Shown here: piece after piece, positions 60,665-64,000 of the stretch
Layout of the letters: each line of letters opens with the position of its first letter
Position numbering within the stretch: position 1 is the first letter of the stretch
IMG/VR virus record: IMGVR_UViG_3300014039_000024
Span: 21,086 to 85,085 of that record
Reading direction: 5' to 3' (one strand)
Source: a virus
Lineage: Duplodnaviria; Caudoviricetes
Length of the DNA stretch: 64,000 nt
The notes under the pieces: model-generated
What the model saw: only the letters and a program-made list of their open reading frames with translations
What the model was told of the DNA's origin: nothing
The model's database searches: none
Translations under genes and position numbers: made by a program

Positions 60665-61465
60665 TTGAAATATTGCGTTTCCGTGCGTCAGCCTGATGTT
60701 GTTCGTGAAAAGGCCGACGAACTTATGGTTAATTATAATGATATAAATATTATGTACGATATGATTCAAAAATTCCCCAATAAACGATATATTATCCGAA
60801 TCCGTAAAGGTGAAGAAGTGAATTGGGAAGAAATTGATTCATTTAAAGATAAAGTTGATCTTATTATAGCATTCGAGGATATGCTTACTCGTAATGGGTG
60901 TAATATTGATGTAAAGTATTATTTTGCATACCCTGCTACCACTTGGGCGGAAGTTCGTGTTCTCCTTGAACTTGGAGTTAGCGAACTTTTTATCGGGGCA
61001 CCGCTCACATTTGATTTAAAACAATTAAGTCAACAAGTGAAAGTCCCGCTTCGTATGATTGCGAATAAATGTTATGACGATAATCTTCCAAGAGCAAATG
61101 GGATATGCGGTTCCTATGTCCGACCGGAGGACGTAGATTATTACGGAACATTTATTTCAACGCTGGAATTTGACGAGCCCGCGCTCTCTAAAGAAGCTGT
61201 GCTTTTGGATATTTATCAAAGCGGTCATTGGCAAGGTAATTTGAATCTTTTATTAACTAATTTAAATTATAACGCAGATAACCGCGGTCTTCCTGAAGAT
61301 TTTGGCTCCGCTCGTATTGCTTGCGGTCAGCGTTGTCAGCGTCAAGGCACGTGTCATTATTGCGAAACCGCGTTCATATTCTCTCGTGCTATAGATAAAG
61401 CGGTTCAAGCGAGTAAGCAGAATACATCTATCCCCAAAGCGGAAGAAGACTCTATTGACAAATAA
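60665..61465 (+). CDS. U32-peptidase-like (probable Fe-S/TIM-barrel) protein, 266 aa
   Basis: Own TTGACA/TATAAT promoter; YVRPEDVDYY and C-terminal CGQRC..QGTCHYC cluster. Confidence 0.5.
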   Translation: MKYCVSVRQPDVVREKADELMVNYNDINIMYDMIQKFPNKRYIIRIRKGEEVNWEEIDSFKDKVDLIIAFEDMLTRNGCNIDVKYYFAYPATTWAEVRVLLELGVSELFIGAPLTFDLKQLSQQVKVPLRMIANKCYDDNLPRANGICGSYVRPEDVDYYGTFISTLEFDEPALSKEAVLLDIYQSGHWQGNLNLLLTNLNYNADNRGLPEDFGSARIACGQRCQRQGTCHYCETAFIFSRAIDKAVQASKQNTSIPKAEEDSIDK

Positions 61466-61515
61466 AAAAAATAATGTTATAATATAACTATAAGATAAAG
61501 ATAGGAGAATAAACT

Positions 61516-62622
61516 GTGAGAGGTTTTAAGACTAACGAACTTTGGTTATTTGAATATCTGGTTCGCTCAACGCAAGATGAGTTAAGAGAATATGTTACTG
61601 ACGTATTAAAAAATAAGTATACTCAGGTTGTTTCAACTAAGGAGTATGTTTGTGCGGTTGGCGACATTCCGATCGCTTTGGTAGCTCATCTTGATACGGT
61701 GTTTGAGAAGCCGGTTAAAGATTTATATTATGACACAAGAAAGAATGTGCTTTGGTCTCCGGACGGTCTTGGTGCGGATGATAGAGCAGGTGTTTATGCG
61801 ATTCTCCATATTTTGAGAAATACGCCTTTACGCCCATCTATCATCTTTACTACTGATGAAGAAATCGGCGGTCTTGGAGCCGAAGCATTGGTATTAGAAA
61901 ATCCTGAGTGCCCTTTCTCTGGATTAAAGTATATTATTCAGTTGGATAGACAGGGTACAAATGATTGCGTGTTTTATGATCTTTATAGTCCTAAATTTAT
62001 GGATTATGTTGAATCTTTTGGATTTGTAGAGGATTTTGGCACGTTTAGCGATATTAGCATTTTATGCCCCGAATGGAAAATTTGTGGTGTGAACCTTTCA
62101 GTGGGTTATAAAAATGAGCACAATCGTATTGAAACGTTAAATGCGGGTGCTCTTTTTGATACGATTAATAAGGTAATCCGCATGCTCCGAGAGAAGGATA
62201 TTCCTGATTTTGAGTATTATCGTGATTATCATAGTGTTTGGTTTGATAATATTTGCAAGAATTTTCCGACTGAGACAGATGGATTTTATGTCCACTGTAG
62301 AGGATGCGGTGAACTCTTTAGTGAATATGAGACATTTCCTGTAAAAGGATTAGATGGACATACCTGTTTTTATTGTCCTGATTGTATTCCTAGTAATGTT
62401 GAATGGTGTGCGGAGTGTGAAGAGGCATTTGAGATTGACCCTGCGAACCCACACAGTGAGTATTGTAAAGATTGTATTGGAGGATTAGTCAAATGTCATA
62501 CGACTTCGACATCGAAAGCATTAGAGAACAATTCAACAAAGTCATTAGCTACTCCCAAGGAATCAGTGATCCAAAAACAGAAGAGCTATTCAAAAAGTTC
62601 CTCGAAGCCAAAAAAGACTTAA
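61516..62622 (+). CDS. M28-family Zn peptidase with C-terminal CxxC ribbons, 368 aa
   Basis: VAHLDTV, GLGADDRAG, TDEEIGGLG, QLDRQG and YKNEH metal-ligand motifs. Confidence 0.8.
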   Translation: MRGFKTNELWLFEYLVRSTQDELREYVTDVLKNKYTQVVSTKEYVCAVGDIPIALVAHLDTVFEKPVKDLYYDTRKNVLWSPDGLGADDRAGVYAILHILRNTPLRPSIIFTTDEEIGGLGAEALVLENPECPFSGLKYIIQLDRQGTNDCVFYDLYSPKFMDYVESFGFVEDFGTFSDISILCPEWKICGVNLSVGYKNEHNRIETLNAGALFDTINKVIRMLREKDIPDFEYYRDYHSVWFDNICKNFPTETDGFYVHCRGCGELFSEYETFPVKGLDGHTCFYCPDCIPSNVEWCAECEEAFEIDPANPHSEYCKDCIGGLVKCHTTSTSKALENNSTKSLATPKESVIQKQKSYSKSSSKPKKT

Positions 62623-63920
62623 TTAAGTTCCTTCATGGGAATTTAATTTATGAGTGGCCGGAGAAGGTAGCTTTTACTCTGGATGAAAAGACTAAAGAAA
62701 ATAGACTTGAGGAATTCCTTGAAGTAATTAATTATACTTATAAGAATGAAGATTTAAGTGATTTTGTGTCTGTTAATAAAAAAGGTTTCTTTGATAATAC
62801 AGTCATTGATACTTATTTTTATAAGGATAAGAAAATTCCAAAAGGTATGAAGCTCGTTAAGGCTTTTAAGTATTTTGAGGAAAATCCGCGTTCTTTAGAG
62901 GACATTCAGAATTATGCAAGTCGTATTATCCAAGAGGATAAGATTGAAGGAACATTATGCTTCTCAGTGCATCCCCTTGATTTCTTGAGTACGAGTGAAA
63001 ATACTTATAATTGGCGGTCTTGCCATGCTCTTGATGGCGAATATAAGGCGGGAAATTTGTCTTATATGGTAGACAGATGTACTTTTATTTGTTATTTGCG
63101 CGGGGCAGACAATCAGAAGCTTCCACATTTTCCCGAAAGTGTTCCTTGGAATTCTAAGAAGTGGCGTATGCTTCTTTATATGGAAGATGGGCGACGTGGT
63201 TTAATGGCGGGACGTCAGTATCCATTTGTAACGATTAATGCCTTAAATCAGATTAAAGATATTATTAATACATTTGATAAAACTTTCCAATTACGAGAAT
63301 GGGTGGATGGAGCTATTAATGATATCCCTAATAGGATGCAGTCTCCTTTTGTAAATGAGGAGAGCATTGGATTAGCAGAGTCATGGATTCCTATTTTATC
63401 TCGTTTATATCCTATTAGTGATATTGTTAAAGATGCGGGAAATTATATTCTTCATTATAACGATTTGCTTTATTCTTCTTGTTATTTGCCGATTTATAGT
63501 TTAAAGATGTATTATTATCCGCGGGAGACCGATCTTCCACATTGGTCTATCGGCGGTGATGTTCCTTGTTTACAATGCGGTAAGAACATGATCGAAAATG
63601 GGGAATATATGCGATGCGGAGATTGCGAATTCAGTTATGGAGAAGAAGAGGATGATAATTACGGTTATTGTGCCTGTTGCGGTTCTCGTATGATTATTGA
63701 TGATGCAAACTCTGTAGGTGATGATAATGAATTAGTTTGTGATAGCTGTGTTGACATTTATTGCAAGCGTTGCGAGTGTTGTAATAATTTATATTATACG
63801 CAAGACATTCAGTATCATAAAGGAGAGGATCTGTATTTATGTCCTTGGTGCTTTAGGGATGCTGATGAAAAAGTAGATAAATTTAAGTCTTTAAAAGACT
63901 TTGTTAAAAATTTCACGTAA
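62493..63920 (+). CDS. Conserved phage protein, paralogue 2 of 58358, 475 aa
   Basis: GGAGG RBS before ATG 62493; VHPLDFLSTSENTYNWRSC...GEYKAG...WNSKKWR; C-terminal CxxC repeats. Confidence 0.75.
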   Translation: MSYDFDIESIREQFNKVISYSQGISDPKTEELFKKFLEAKKDLIKFLHGNLIYEWPEKVAFTLDEKTKENRLEEFLEVINYTYKNEDLSDFVSVNKKGFFDNTVIDTYFYKDKKIPKGMKLVKAFKYFEENPRSLEDIQNYASRIIQEDKIEGTLCFSVHPLDFLSTSENTYNWRSCHALDGEYKAGNLSYMVDRCTFICYLRGADNQKLPHFPESVPWNSKKWRMLLYMEDGRRGLMAGRQYPFVTINALNQIKDIINTFDKTFQLREWVDGAINDIPNRMQSPFVNEESIGLAESWIPILSRLYPISDIVKDAGNYILHYNDLLYSSCYLPIYSLKMYYYPRETDLPHWSIGGDVPCLQCGKNMIENGEYMRCGDCEFSYGEEEDDNYGYCACCGSRMIIDDANSVGDDNELVCDSCVDIYCKRCECCNNLYYTQDIQYHKGEDLYLCPWCFRDADEKVDKFKSLKDFVKNFT

Positions 63921-63933
63921 GGAGAATTGATTT

Positions 63934-64000
63934 ATGGCGGCTAGAGGTTCAGTAGCGAAAGAACAAGTAGCTAAGCGAATGGCAGATGCATTTGGCGTCG
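63934..64000 (+). CDS. Start of a gene running off the window (MAARGSVAKEQVAKRMADAFGV...)
   Basis: AAGGAG RBS, ATG. Confidence 0.55.
   Translation, partial: MAARGSVAKEQVAKRMADAFGV

Noticed and set aside
1-64000. Prophage in a bacterial chromosome, lysis cassette, DNA polymerase, anti-CRISPR calls
   Set aside because: No host genes, integrase, att site, holin/endolysin or polymerase motifs are visible. Small acidic early proteins cannot be assigned as Acrs from sequence alone.

Overview
This 64 kb window is part of a large tailed dsDNA phage genome, probably siphovirus-like with an SPbeta-like head/tail module. The host is most likely a spore-forming Bacillota/Clostridia (consensus sigmaA promoters, SpoVT homologue). 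No cellular housekeeping genes, tRNA, integrase, lysis genes or CRISPR-Cas are visible. (1) 1-26.8 kb, minus strand: a morphogenesis operon that the standard-code ORF track fragments. Reading TAG as a sense codon (Gln, table 15) joins the fragments into full genes: tail protein, ~2747-aa tape measure, tail tube, neck proteins, major capsid, protease/scaffold, portal, endonuclease, terminase and a putative late regulator. (2) 28.0-43.3 kb, plus strand: a GC-richer early/host-takeover-like block of small genes with more than 25 consensus sigmaA promoters. It contains eight regularly spaced (~1.6-2.2 kb) regulatory modules built on a 27-nt GC-rich hairpin, four of them between face-to-face promoters, plus several ORF-less structured transcripts. 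(3) 44.1-46.1 kb, minus strand: an amber-recoded island missed by the ORF track (RHH protein, DUF5659-like protein, DUF6291-like/HTH protein) next to a TGCA repeat array and palindromic repeats, a candidate replication origin. (4) 46.3-64 kb, plus strand: AT-richer early/middle genes, including a metallophosphoesterase, a DUF5052-like lipoprotein, a U32-like protein, an M28 peptidase and two paralogous Zn-ribbon proteins. None of the plus-strand genes I read uses TAG, either as a sense codon or as a stop. All family assignments come from motif recognition, not database searches.
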